64,000 nucleotides of DNA from Rebecca billardiae RCC1528 (lineage: Eukaryota > Protista > Haptophyta), in NCBI GenBank assembly GCA_965240325.2, contig OZ251226.1:2604001-2668000 (forward strand). Direction: 5' to 3'. The notes beneath the pieces are model-generated. The model saw nothing but the letters and a program-made list of their open reading frames with translations. It did no database searches and had not been told where the DNA came from. A program made the translations under genes and the position numbers. Below are positions 22,190 through 36,700 of this stretch, piece by piece; position 1 is the first letter of the stretch, and each line of letters opens with the position of its first letter.

Positions 22190-23817
22190 CTCCGCCAGCG
22201 GAGCATCCGGGCAAGGGGCCCAGACCCTCCGCCGGCGGAGATTTTTGTGGCCACGAAAAATCCCCGCTGGCGGAGCATGGAATGCTCCGCTGGCGGAGCC
22301 TGGGCTTGCAGGAATGACACAACAAACTAGTTATTATGGTACCAGAAGTCTGTCAACCACCGAACAGCAGTCACCTCCGCTGGCGGAGCTCGCTAATGAG
22401 CCGTGCCTTTTGTAAACTAATACACTCGGCACTTGAACTGAGCTCCGCTGGCGGAGCTTCGGGGGCGCCGAATGCCATTCTTGATGACCCACCTGACTTG
22501 AACTGAGCTCCGCTGGCGGAGCGTCGGTGGTCAGCGCCGTGTGTCATATCGGAGAAATACTGCTAAGCCTTTCAACGCATTCATACTCTGCTGTGCCACA
22601 CATTCAACCTCCGCTGGCGGAGCTCACTGGCCTATTCGACTTGAACTGAGCTCCACTGGTGGAGCCTCGGCTGCGCCGAATGTCCTTAATCGATGACCCA
22701 CTCTCGACTTGAGCTGAGCTCCCCTGGCGGAGCTTTGGTGGCGCCGCATGTCATATTGGAGTAAAGCGGAAGCGTCAACCGTAGTCATATCTATATTGAG
22801 ACTCAACCTCCGCTGGCGGAGCTCGCGGACGACCTACTAGTATTCAACTTTAACTGAGCTCCGCTGGCGGAGCCTCGGGCTGTGTCGAATGTCCTTATCG
22901 ATGGCCGACGTCTTGACTTGAGCTGAGCTCCGCTGGCGGAGCTTTGGTGGCGCCGCATGCCATTTATGGGAATAATGTGAAGCCGTTAACCATAGTCATA
23001 TCCATATTGACACTCAACCTCCGCTGGCCGAGCTCACTGACCTATTCGACTTGAGCTGAGCTCCGCTGGCGGAGCTTTGGTGGCGCCGCATGTCATATTG
23101 GAGTAATGCGAAGCCGTCAACCGTAATCATATCCATATTGATACTCAACCTCCGCTGGCGGAGCTCACTGGCCTATTCGACTTGAACTGAGCTCCGCTGG
23201 CGGAGCCTCGGCTCCGCCGAATGTCCTTATCGATGGCCCACGTGGCACGTCTTGACTTGAGCTGAGCTCCGCTGGCGGAGCTTTGCTGGCGCCGCATGTC
23301 ATATTGGAGTAATGCAAAGCCGTTAACTACCGTAATCATATCCATATTGACACTCAACCTCCGCTGGCGGAGCTCGCGGGCCTATTCAACTTGAACTGAG
23401 CTCCGCTGGCGGAGCCTCGGCTGCGCCGAATGTCCTTATCGATGGCCCACTTGACTTGAGCTGAGCTCCGCTGGCGGAGCTTTGGTGGCGCCGAATGTCA
23501 TATTGGAGTAATGCAACGCCGTTAACTACTACCGTAATCATATCCATATTGACACTCAACCTCCGCTGGCGGAGCTCGCGGGCCTATTCAACTTGAACTG
23601 AGCTCCGCTGGCGGAGCCTCGGCTGCGCCGAATGTCTTTATCGATGGCCCACGACTTGACTTGAGCTGAGCTCCGCTGGCGGAGCTTTGGTGGCGCCGAA
23701 TGTCATATTGGAGTAATGCGAAGTCGTTAACCGTAATACTATATCCATATTGACACTCAACCTCCGCTGGCGGAGCTCACGGACGTATTCAACTTGAACT
23801 GAGCTCCGCTGGCGGAA
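22190..23817 (+). repeat. Left-arm array of ~26 palindromic CTCCGCTGGCGGAG motifs in a ~200-bp trimeric higher-order repeat
   Basis: Motifs counted by eye. Three spacer types recur in fixed order, with unit starts near 22605, 22803, 23013 (partial), 23145, 23353, 23555 and 23757. Confidence 0.95.
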
Positions 23818-24459
23818 GTCTCTGCTTGTGGTTTGCTGCAATTGGGTCTGGGCAGCCTGGGCTCAGCATGGGGCAGCTGTTCACAGCCCAGGCGGGGCGT
23901 CACCGCCTGTGAGCCGTCGGTGGGCAGGGCCGACGGCGTCGCAGAGCTCATGCGTGGGAGCAGCGCGTCGAGGAAGCGATCAAGGTCGAGAAGGAAGGGG
24001 CAAGCAGCAGGGGCTGCCTGTACGTTTGTACATGCCTCCACACCGGTGCACATCACCCTTGCTCACTGCAGTCGTGAACAGTGCTGCCACTCATCTCATC
24101 ATCGCTCACCATGCAGTGACGGCCGAGCTGCGGCGAACTCTCACAGGCACCGAACACGCATCGGCTGTGCCCGCTGGTGCTGGCATGCGCTGTCCTCTAC
24201 TTGCTGTCGGACAGCAAGGAGACGGCACAGCCGCATCTGCGAGCGGGCGAGGTGATGCTGTCCAGTGTCCTCTGCTCAGCGAGGCTGAGAGGCTGAGCAC
24301 GGATCACGGATAGTGAGCCCTGGTATCTCAACGCATCCAGGAGAGCAGTTGGTGCATGCCTGTGCTCAGACGTGCAGGACCAACCATCCGGTGCTGATTC
24401 AAGCACCCGCGCCAACAGCGGCGGCACTCAACTCCACGCTGCTGATGCGGCCGCACAGC

Positions 24460-27400
24460 TGCAGGGATGGTACCACGGCGGGCGACGGCGGGCGCTGCAG
24501 CTGGCAGCTCGGTGGTGCCTGCCCGAGGGGCCTGGGCGCCGGGCGCACCGAGCGCGATGACGCCTCTCGCATCGCCCAGCGCGCTGGAGCCGCTGTCATC
24601 CGACGCTGCTGTGCCCGCGCCCAGCTTGGGCTGCAGCAGCTGCGCTCGACTCCGCGCCGAGTGCGGCGGCAGCAGCGGGGACTTGGTGCCACCGCGGGCT
24701 GCGGCAGGCGCTGCAGCTGGCAGCTCGGTGGTGCGCGCCCGATGGGCCTGGGCGCTGGGCGCAGCGAGCGCGGTGACGCTGCTCGCCTCGCCCAGCGCGC
24801 TGGAGCCGCTGCCATCGCGCGCTGCGCTGCCCGCGCCCAGCTTGGGCTGCCGCAGCTGCACTCAACTCCTCGCCGAGTGCGGCGGCAGCAGCAGGGATGG
24901 TACCACGCGGGCGGCGGCTATCACTTTGGCTGGCAGCTCGGTGGTGCCTGTCCGAGGGGCCTGGGCGGTGGACGCACCGAGCGCGATGACGTTGCTCGCC
25001 TCGCCCAGCGCGCTGGAGCCGCTGCCATCCGGCGCTGCGGTGTCTGCGGCTCCGCGCCCCGCCGGGGCAGCTAGCTGTCACAGCTGGCAGCTGCGCTCGA
25101 CTCCGCGCCAGTGGGAGGGATGATGCCTCGGCGGGTGGTGGCGGTCGATGCAGCTGGCAGCTCGGTGGTGCGCGCCCGAGGGGCGTGACCGGCCTAGGCA
25201 GCAGCAGCTGCGCTCGACTCGCGCCGAGTGTGGCTGCAGCAGCAGGGAAGGCGCCACTGGCGGCGGCGGAGGTGGATGCAGCGATCAGCTCGGTTGTGTG
25301 CGCGCGAGGGGCCTGGGCGGCAGACGCGCCCAATGCGGTGACGCCGATGCACGCGTCCGATATGCTGGCCAGCAGCAGCCGTTGTGACACTTCTTCCGCC
25401 GGCTGACGGCAGCAGGCGGTACCATCGCTCACATTGGTGAATTCGAATCGGGGAGAACCCGGCAGGCCTCAGCCCCGGACACTGCTGCCTGCCAATGACC
25501 TGTGAGGGCCGCAGGCCTTCCGGGGCACGGGAGCCGCTGCGGTCAGCTCTTTGAGCTAGCCCGGCGCCGGGCGCGCGAACAAGTACGGCCCGGCGTCGGT
25601 GAGGCCGAGCAAGGCGCGCCGAAGTGCCGCGGCCCAGATCTCAGCGCACGCATCATCAGTACTACGACATCGCTGCGCCACGGATATGCATCAGATAGCG
25701 ACTGATGATGATGATGCGCCGCGCGCTCCCCGCTGACCGGAGCCCGACTACGAGTAGCAGGCGCGCATGATCTGAGCTGAGTACGTAAGTAGCCCGTGTC
25801 ATCCAGTGGCGGTGTCACACTTATGTGACTCAGGAGTCGGAGGAGTCGTTATCGTCATATCGTCATCATCATGAAGATGCGCAATAAAACGGTCATCAGG
25901 CGGACCTGCGCTACCATACGCCGTCAATGTAATGCTGAGGGCGAGGCCGGCAGCGTAGTCGTAACTTACTACCACTACGTACAGAAAAATGTATAGCGCC
26001 ATCATAATAAGAGTAGCTGCGTGTGACTCGTCACCGCGTTCTCAAAACTCCTGCGCTGCTGATCGGGACTCGGACGTACGCCGTCTTAAGCCTATACCGG
26101 CGTGCGTGCGGTCGCAAGTCATAATTCACGCGGCCCCTGCGACTCAGCGGCTCACTCACCTGGCTCATACGCAGCAACCGAGCAGTCACGGAGATCTGAG
26201 CAGCAGCTGTTAATTACCAGCCTGCTGCTGCTGCTGCCTGCGGCCGCACGCGGCGTGGAGTCGAGCGCTGAGTCCGCAGCTGCCCGAACGGTTCAGCAGC
26301 ATCAAATGGCAGCGGCTCGAGCGTGATAGGGGAAGCGAGGGGCGTCAGCTCGCTCGGCGCGTCCGTCGCCCAGGTCCCTTGGGCAGGCACCGCCGAGCTA
26401 CCAGCTGCAGCGACTGCCGCCGCTCGCCGTGGTACAATCCCTGCTGCTGCCGCCGCACGGGTGCGGAGTCGAGCGCATCTCGTGCTGCTCCGGCTGGGCG
26501 CGGACACCGCAGCGCCGGATGGCAGCGGCTCCAGCGCGCTGGGCGAGGCGAGCAACGTCACCGCGCTCGGTGCGTCCACCACCCAGGCCCCTCGGGCAGG
26601 CACCACCGAGCTGCCAGCCAAAGTGATAGCCGCCGCCCGCCGTGGCAACATCCCTGCTGCTGCCGCCGCACTCGGCGTGAAGTTGATTGAGCGGCCTGCT
26701 GCAGCCCAAGCTGGACGCGGGCGCAGCAGCGCCCGGTGGCAGCGGCTCCAGCGCGCTGGGCGAGGCGAGAGGCGTCACTGTGCTCGGTGCGTCCGTGACC
26801 CAGGCCCCTCGGGCCCGCTGCTGCTGCTGCCTGCGGCCGCACGCGGCGTGGAGTCGAGCGCAGACTGCGCAGAGTCTGCAGCTGCCCGAACGGCGCAGCA
26901 GCATCAAATGGCAGCGGCTCGAGCGTGATAGGGGGAAGCGAGGGGCGTCAGCTCGCTCGACGCGTCCGTCGCCCAGGTCCCTCGGGTAGGCACCGCCGAG
27001 CTACCAGCTGCAGCGACTGCCGCCGCTCGCGCCGTGGTACCACCCCTGCTGCTGCCGCCGCACGGGTGCGGAGTCGAACGCACCTCGTGCTACTCCGGCT
27101 GGGCGCGGACACCGCAGCGCCGGATGGCAGCGGCTCCAGCGCGCTGGGCGAGGCGAGCAACGTCATCGCGCTCGGTGCGTCCACCGCCCAGGCCCCTCGG
27201 GCAGGCACCACCGAGCTGCCAGCCAAAGTGATAGCCGCCGCCCGACGTGGCAACATCCCTGCTGCCACCGCACTCGGCGCGGAGTCGAGCGCAGCTGCGG
27301 CAGCCCACGCTCGACGCGGGCACAGCAGCGCCCGGTGGCAGCGGCTCCAGCGCGCTGGGCGAGGCGAGCAACGTCACCGCGCTCGCTGCGCCCAGCGCCC

Positions 27401-27700
27401 AGGCCCCTCGGGCGCGCACCACCGAGCTGCCAGCTGCAGCGCCTGCCGCAGCCCGCGGTGGCACCATCCCCTCTGCTGCCGCCGCACTCGGCGCGGAGTC
27501 GAGCGCAGCTGCTGCAGCCCAAGCTGGGCGCGGGCACAGCAGCGTCGGATGACAGCGGCTCCAGCGCGCTGGGCGATGCGAGAGGCGTCATCGCGCTCGG
27601 TGCGCCCGGCGCCCAGGCCCCTCGGGCAGGCACCACCGAGCTGCCAGCTGCAGCGCCCGCCGTCGCCCGCCGTGGTACCATCCCTGCAGCTGTGCGGCCG
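24460..27700. repeat. Degenerate ~215-bp GC-rich tandem repeats in the inner arms, in opposite orientations either side of a ~0.8-kb unique core (~25420-26210)
   Basis: cagctcggtggtg at 24505, 24721, 24934 and 25158; reverse copies over 26340-27700. A ~600-bp higher-order duplication starts near 26225 and 26820. Confidence 0.85.
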
Positions 27701-28328
27701 CATCAGCAGCGTGGAGTTGAGTGCCGCCGCTGTTGGCGCGGGTGCTTGAATCAGCACCGGATGGTTGGTCCTGCACGTCTGAGCACAGGCATGCACCAAC
27801 TGCTCTCCTGGATGCGTTGAGATACCAGGGCTCACTATCCGTGATCCGTGCTTAGCCTCTCGGCCTCGCTGAGCAGAGGACACTGGACAGCATCACCTCG
27901 CCCGCTCGCAGATGCGGCTGTGCCGTCTCCTTGCTGTCCGACAGCAAGTAGAGGACAGCGCATGCCAGCACCAGCGGGTACAGCCGATGCGTGTTCGGTG
28001 CCTGTGAGAGTTCGCCGCAGCTCGGCCGTCACTGCATGGTGAGCGATGATGAGATGAGTGGCAGCACTGTTCACGACTGCAGTGAGCAAGGGTGATGTGC
28101 ACCGGTGTGGAGGCATGTACAAACGTACAGGCAGCCCCTGCTGCTTGCCCCTTCCTTCTCGACCTTGATCGCTTCCTCGACGCGCTGCTCCCACGCATGA
28201 GCTCTGCGACGCCGTCGGCCCTGCCCACCGACGGCTCACAGGCGGTGACGCCCCGCCTGGGCTGTGAACAGCTGCCCCATGCTGAGCCCAGGCTGCCCAG
28301 CCCCAATTGCAGCAAACCACAAGCAGAG

Positions 28329-29819
28329 ACTCCGCCAGCGGAGCTCAGTTCAAGTTGAATACGTCCGTGAGCTCCGCCAGCGGAGGTTGAGTGTCAATAT
28401 GGATAGTATTACGGTTAACGACTTCGCATTACTCCAATATGACATTCGGCGCCACCAAAGCTCCGCCAGCGGAGCTCAGCTCAAGTCAAGTCGTGGGCCA
28501 TCGATAAGGACATTCGGCGCAGCCGAGGCTCCGCCAGCGGAGCTCAGTTCAAGTTGAATAGGCCCGCGAGCTCCGCCAGCGGAGGTTGAGTGTCAATATG
28601 GATATGATTACGGTAGTAGTTAACGGCGTTGCATTACTCCAATATGACATGCGGCGCCACCAAAGCTCCGCCAGCGGAGCTCAGCTCAAGTCAAGTGAGC
28701 CATCGATAAGGACATTCGGCGCAGCCGAGGCTCCGCCAGCGGAGCTCAGTTCAAGTCGAATAGGTCAGCAAGCTCCGCCAGCGGAGGTTGAGTGCCAATA
28801 TGGATATGATTGCTGTTGACGATTTCGCATTACTCCAATATGACATGCGGCGCCACCAAAGCTCCGCCAGCGGAGCTCAGCTCAAGTCAAGATGTGGGCC
28901 ATCGATAAGGACATTCGACACAGCCCGAGGCTCCGCCAGCGGAGCTCAGTTCAAGTCGAATAGGTCCGTGAGCTCCGCCAGCGGAGGTTGAGTGTCGATA
29001 TATATGGATATGATTACGGTTAACGACTTCGCATCATTACTCCAATATGACATGCGGCGCCACCAAAGCTCCGCCAGCGGAGCTCAGCTCATCAAGTGAC
29101 AAGTCAAGAAGTGGGCCATCGCGATAAGGACATTCGACACAGCCGAGGCTCCGCCAGCGGAGCTCAGTTAAAGTTGAATACTAGTAGGTACGCGAGCTCC
29201 GCCAGCGGAGGTTGAGTATCAATATAGATATGACTACGGTTGACGCTTCCGCGTTACTCCAATATGACATGCGGCGCCACCAAAGCTCCGCCAGGGGAGC
29301 TCAGCTCAAGTCGAGAGTGGGTCATCGATGAAGGACATTCGGCGCAGCCGAGGCTCCACCAGTGGAGCTCAGTTCAAGTCGAATAGGCCAGTGAGCTCCG
29401 CCAGCGGAGGTTGAATGTGTGGCACAGCAGAGTATGAATGCGTTGAAAGGCTTAGCATTATTTCTCCAATATGACACACGGCGCTGACCACCGACGCTCC
29501 GCCAGCGGAGCTCAGTTCAAGTCAGGTGGGTCATCAAGAATGGCATTCGGCGCCCCCGAAGCTCCGCCAGCGGAGCTCAGTTCAAGTCGGCCAAGTGTAT
29601 TAGTTTACAAAAGGCACGGCTCATTAGCGAGCTCCGCCAGCGGAGGTGACTGCTGTTCGGTGGTTGTCAGACTTCTGGTAACTAGTTTGTTGTGTCAATC
29701 CTGCAAGCCCAGGCTCCGCCAGCGGAGCATTCCATGCTCCGCCAGCGGGGATTTTTCGTGGCCACAAAAATCTCCGCCGGCGGAGGGTCTGGGTCTTGCC
29801 CGATGCTCCGCTGGCGGGG
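28329..29819 (-). repeat. Right-arm array of ~24 CTCCGCCAGCGGAG motifs, mirror of the left array
   Basis: Seen directly; the same variant motifs occur at mirrored positions. Confidence 0.95.
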
Positions 29820-30766
29820 ATTTTTTGTAGTGACTGCCCTGCGAATGCCTAGATTTCAGCAGCTGAGATTCAGCGCAGATCTGTCGTCCTACAGTTTACT
29901 AAGAATAAGAGACGCACACAGCTCAGGCAGGCGAGATTGTCGCCCGCCAATAGATTCAGCAGCCCTGTGTGCGGGCGGTCATCCCCGAGCCCGAGGCCCG
30001 TCGCCGATACAACCCACTAGAGACTACCTAGAGACTCCTACGGCCGCCTAGCTTACTTAAGCTTACAGACCAGTTCCAACGAGCGCTCCATATATATATA
30101 TATTCTTCATTCTTCATCTTCCAGTTCTTCCCTTCGGCTGGGGCTTAGGGCTACAGTAGATCAGTCGACGCGGCGTCGCTCACAGCGCAGGCAGGTGTTT
30201 GGCGCGGCTGCACTCTCGAGGTGGCTGGGATACAACATCCAGGTGCAGCACCCTCCCTGTGTGGTGTCAGAGCGCGCTCTCCGGAGCGCGTGCCTCCGAG
30301 CGCGGGGCGGCCGCTTGCTGCAATGGCCGCCTCGATGAGGTGCGGCAACGCGCCCCTCACCTGCCTGGCGCCGGTCTGTTTTGTGGCGGTGTCTTTTTGC
30401 AGCAGTGTTTTGGGATGGCGCCGTCAATCGCGCCGCCTTAACCAAAAGTGCACGTTAAAACATATATATAGTAAACTGTAGTAGCGTCTAACACAGGTCG
30501 ACGAGGGCGGAATGAGACAAAATCCAGGATCGTGTTTTGCGCTCGACTCCACGACTCTGGCGCTCACCGGCCCATCGGGCATCGGCGGCATCGCGCACGT
30601 CGTTGTGCCCTTGACTCATGCAAGGGTGAGCGAGGACGTGACGTCGTCTCGCCTCGCGCAGATCCTGAGATGATCCACCACACACTTACCACAGCAACCA
30701 TACTTTACTTTATTGAAGGGCTCACTCAGTGTAGTTCTACTTCTCTAGTGCCTGAATAAGTAGTCA

Positions 30767-32682
<1,916 letters not shown>

Positions 32683-32969
32683 TCGATATATATATATTCG
32701 ATATATATATATATATCGAATATAATTATAAGTTACGCGTCGTCACAATATACGGGGGCCGAGGGGGGGGGCGACCGTGCGAGGAGCGCTGCTCCTGAGT
32801 CCTGACAGTGCTTGCTAGTTGCTTGTCCCTGCTGACCGATCTGCTACATAGCTACCATAACCGTAGCTTTTTACTGACGCTGACGCCCTGCTGCGTTGCA
32901 TGCCACGACAAATATATGATTATTATAATAACATACTATATGACGCGAGACATGCAATATTGGCATCGC

Positions 32970-32972
<3 letters not shown>

Positions 32973-33067
<95 letters not shown>

Positions 33068-33090
33068 CTCTCTCTCTCTCTCTCTCTCTC
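32973..33090. repeat. (CT)n microsatellite
   Basis: Seen directly in the sequence. Confidence 0.95.
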
Positions 33091-33785
33091 AATAGCAGTT
33101 TACTTTCGGGTCGCGTGATCTTATAGCGCCGAGCCCGGACTCCGGAGGATCGCTTCTGAAGCGCGCAGCAGTGTGAAATGAGTGCCTGACTCTGACTGAG
33201 TGATATGCCGGCTGCATGGCCGAGCTGACCGTAGGCAGCTGCCATGTTAGATGCCGATGGTAATATAGTTACTATACGTGTGATATCTGCCAAGAACTAC
33301 GATGTCGACAGTTGACTTCTCCTGGCTATGATGAGCAGCAACGACTGCGTGTAATGACGATAATTGTTGTGGACGGCCAAATCAGCGGTCGTCCGGCGCA
33401 GGCAGCCGCCAGGCGCCAGCCCGCGGCTCGCGGACCTAGGTGGGCGGTGGGCGAGGTTATGAAGCGCGTGCGCCACTGCCTTGGCCGCAACAGAAGAGCC
33501 GGTTTGGCGGGCGCGGGGTGATCGAAGGTGAGGTGGACACCGGTATCGTGCGAGCCAGTGGGCACTCTCACCAGTGGCAGGCTCCACAGCGCGCGCTGCC
33601 GCCCGCTGCAGAGTGGTCGCGCGGCTGGATTTTCGGTGGCCTGCTGCTTCCTCGCGGTCCTGCAGAGCGCTCGCTGCTTTTTATTCCGCCGGAAAACGAA
33701 ATAAATCAGGCTTTCGTCGCGCGTTCAAAACCGAGCAGCAGGCTGTGAGGCTGTTGTCGGCCGGGCCGCCATCGCCCGCTGCGGA

Positions 33786-36700
33786 ATGGCGAGTAGTAGG
33801 CCGAGCCGACTGGTCGCCTTTGCGGCCTTGGCGCTGGCGGCGTCGGGCGCCAGGGTACGGCGCGCGCGACCGGATGATGCGCTCGACGCGCATCAGCTCG
33901 CGTCCGCCGGCCCGACGCTCCTCGGCAAGGCCGAGCCCCATCCTCGCGGGTACGAGGTCGTGATCGGCGCGCTCTTCGCAGAGGACCCGAATGCGGGCGA
34001 GGCTGCCAGCCAGGAGCTGCTGGCGATGCAGCTCGCGCTCGACCGGCTCAACGCGCTCCCGGTCGAGGAGCGGGCGGGCATCACCCTCCGCCTCGCGCCC
34101 GCGTGGCCCAGCGCGACGGCGACCATCCCCGACAGCGCGTACAAGCTGCTGAAGGGCAACGCGACGACCCCCGGCGCGGTCGCGCTCATCTCGGCCCTCG
34201 CCTCGGACGCGCTGTCGAGCGTGCTCGCGCTGACCGAGGTCTTCGGCGTGATGGCCGTCAGCTACATCCCGTGCGCCCCCATGATCGCCGGCGGCACCGA
34301 CGCCGCCGCGCACGCGCGCGGCATCTTCCAGCTGCAGTACTCCGACCACACGCGCATGCGCGCGCTCGCCGACCTCGTCGTGTCGCTGCGGTGGAAGTCG
34401 GTGAACATCTGCTACCAGGAGACGGTGGGGTTCAGAGAGCTCGCGCGCGAGCTGACCAAGATGCTCGGCGGCGGGTGCGTCGGCGTCGACGCCTCGATCA
34501 GCATCCCGGCGGTGATGGAGGGGCGCGGCGCGCTCAGCCGCGCGGCGCGCGCGCTCGGGCGGACGCCCTCGTGGGTGGTGGTCGTCCTCGCGGACGACAG
34601 GTCGGCGCGGCGGCTGATGGACGAGGCGGCGGCGCAGGGCCTGGGCTCGCCGCCCTTCATCTGGCTGGGCGTCGAGCCCTGGTCCGAGCCCAGCTGGCGC
34701 AGCGATGCGTGCAGGCGGCCGCTGCACGCCGCCAGGCCGGCGCGCCGCCCGCACCGGCTGGGCAGCCGCTCGCGGCGCGCCGGCCGGCACGGCGCGGCGG
34801 ACGCGACGCAGCCGCGCGAGGGCGCGGCCGAGCGCGAGTGCGAGCACGGCGAGTCCGCGCCGATCGGCCCGCCCGGCACCGTCAGCCTCGCCACCTCGCA
34901 GGCCTTCCGCTCGCAGCCCCTCTTTGGGCGCTGGGTGCGCGAGGCGTGGGACCTGGACGCGCGCGTGGTCGCCAATGGCTGGAGCTGCCTCCGGCTGCTC
35001 GGCGCGAACGCGACGGGCGGCGGGGGCGCGGCGCCGGACAGCTCGTGCGTGCTGGCGGACACCCCGTTCGCGTACGACGCCGCGTGGCTGCTCGGCCGCG
35101 CCCTCGTCTCGAGCTGCAACGAGGTGCAGGACCGGCTCGCGCCGGACGAGTGTCTGCTGCTGCTCGGCGGCGCCGCGCGCGGCGTGATCCAGCTCATGTT
35201 CGAGCGGCTGTGGCAGGGCGTGACCGGGATGATCTCGTTCAGCCCGCTGGGCGCGCGGCGCGGCGCGGAGCTCACGCTCGCCAGCGTCGTGCGCGCGCCG
35301 GGCGCGCGCGCCGCGTGGGCGATGGTGAACGGCACGTGGACAGGCTCGGAGCTCGCCTCGCCGCTCGCGCTGCTCGATGCGACGCACCTGCCGCCCGGCG
35401 AGTGGCGGCTGCCCGACGGCGTGGCGGGCTGGGGCGAGCTGCTGCGCTGGGCGGGGACGGAGCCCGGCCGGATCCCGCACTCGCGCGCCTACGCGCTCCG
35501 CATCGGCCGCTCGCTCACCCTCGCGCTCCGGCTGGCGGTGGGCGCGTGCGCGGCACTCACGCTCGGCCTCGCAGCAGCCATCCCCGGCATGCGCGCGTGG
35601 CGCGAGTTCGCCCACTCCGGCCCGATGGCGTTCAGCCTGATGCTGTGCGCCGCGACGCTGTGCGCGGAGGCGAGCCTGATGGTCTCCACCTTCCCCCGCG
35701 TGCCGATCGGCGTGGTGCGCATCCTCGACCTCGTCGCCGTGACGTTTGTGATCACGTCCCTCGTGTGCAAGGCGATCGCGCTGCACTGGTTCGTGCGCAC
35801 CAACAGCCTCACGCTGCGCATGCTCGGCAAGGGGCAGATCGGCGTGACGCTCGGCGTGGTCGGCGTGCAGCTGCTCTGCGTGGCGCTCCGCGCGTGCATC
35901 ATCCTGCACCCCGCCTTCGAGACGCCGCCGTGCATCTCCCTCTGGCGCGCGCGGCTGGTGCTGATGACAGACGTCGTCCTCTTTGTGTCGTGGTGGGTGA
36001 GCGCCGTCGTCGCGTTTGGGCTCACGCTGCACCTGCACCTCTCCTCGCTCGGCGCGGCGCTGTCGAGGACGTTCCTGCCCGACGCGCCGCTGCTCTTCCA
36101 CGCGTCGATCGCGGTCCTCGCGCACCTCGTGCTGCTCTCGCTGCTGCGCCTGCAGTCGCGCGGCTTGAACAGGGACGTCCTCGTCCAGTACTGTGAGCGA
36201 GCGCGCGCGCGCGCCCCGCGCGGAGACGGCGTGCGTGCGCGCGCGCGCGTACGCGCACCGCGCACCGCGCGCTCCCGCGCCGGGTGCGGTGGGAGGTCGC
36301 GCGACGCGCGCGAGCATGAGGCCGAGAGGGAGGGACGGGACGGGGGCTCGGCGGAGCGCGCGCAGTCTCTCGCCTGCCCAGTCGACCTGGCGCGCCGCCC
36401 CGGCCGAGTCCGCCGCGAGGCGCCGCGCTGCGCCACGCCTCGCACTGACCGCCCGCCCGCCCGCCCACGCCGCGCCGCGCCGCGCCGCGCCGCGCGCGGC
36501 TCTTCGCCCCCCGCGCGCGCACCGGCAGGCCCGCTGTGCCAGTTCTCCATGGCGCTGAGCGTGAACGCGCTCGTCTTCGGCCCGAAGATGCTGCCGCTGC
36601 TCCGCCGGCTGTGCGGCCGCGCCGACGCGCGCGACCCGCTCGACTACTCTGCGGGCGCGCTCGAGAAGCTCGTCGCCGCGCAGGAGGCGCTGCTGCAGCG

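Larger units (their letters stand above)
22168..29841. mobile_element. Foldback-type DNA transposon, ~7.7 kb, with ~2.8-kb internally repetitive inverted arms and a 7-bp TSD; non-autonomous
   Basis: Ends are CAGaagAGTCACTACAAAAA and (reverse complement) CAGggcAGTCACTACAAAAA. Flanking direct repeat cgaatgc at 22161-22167 and 29842-29848. Arms 22168-~25050 and ~27100-29841 are colinear inverted copies. Confidence 0.9.

Noticed and set aside
22190-23817. CRISPR array (short palindromic repeats with spacers)
   Set aside because: Spacers are themselves repeated in a fixed 3-unit cycle, the array is mirrored in an inverted arm, there are no cas genes, and the context is eukaryotic.
23828-28320. 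Many overlapping ORFs in the foldback arms and core
   Set aside because: They are translations of GC-rich tandem repeats with frame-shifting unit lengths; no domain motifs or transposase.
22177-29832. CACTA/EnSpm element based on CACTACAAAAA...TTTTTGTAGTG
   Set aside because: The flanking trinucleotides (agt/act) are not a direct TSD. The inverted match extends outward to CAG/CTG, where a 7-bp direct repeat lies. Not fully excluded.
30140-30150. Telomere-like ttaggg
   Set aside because: Single unit, no array.
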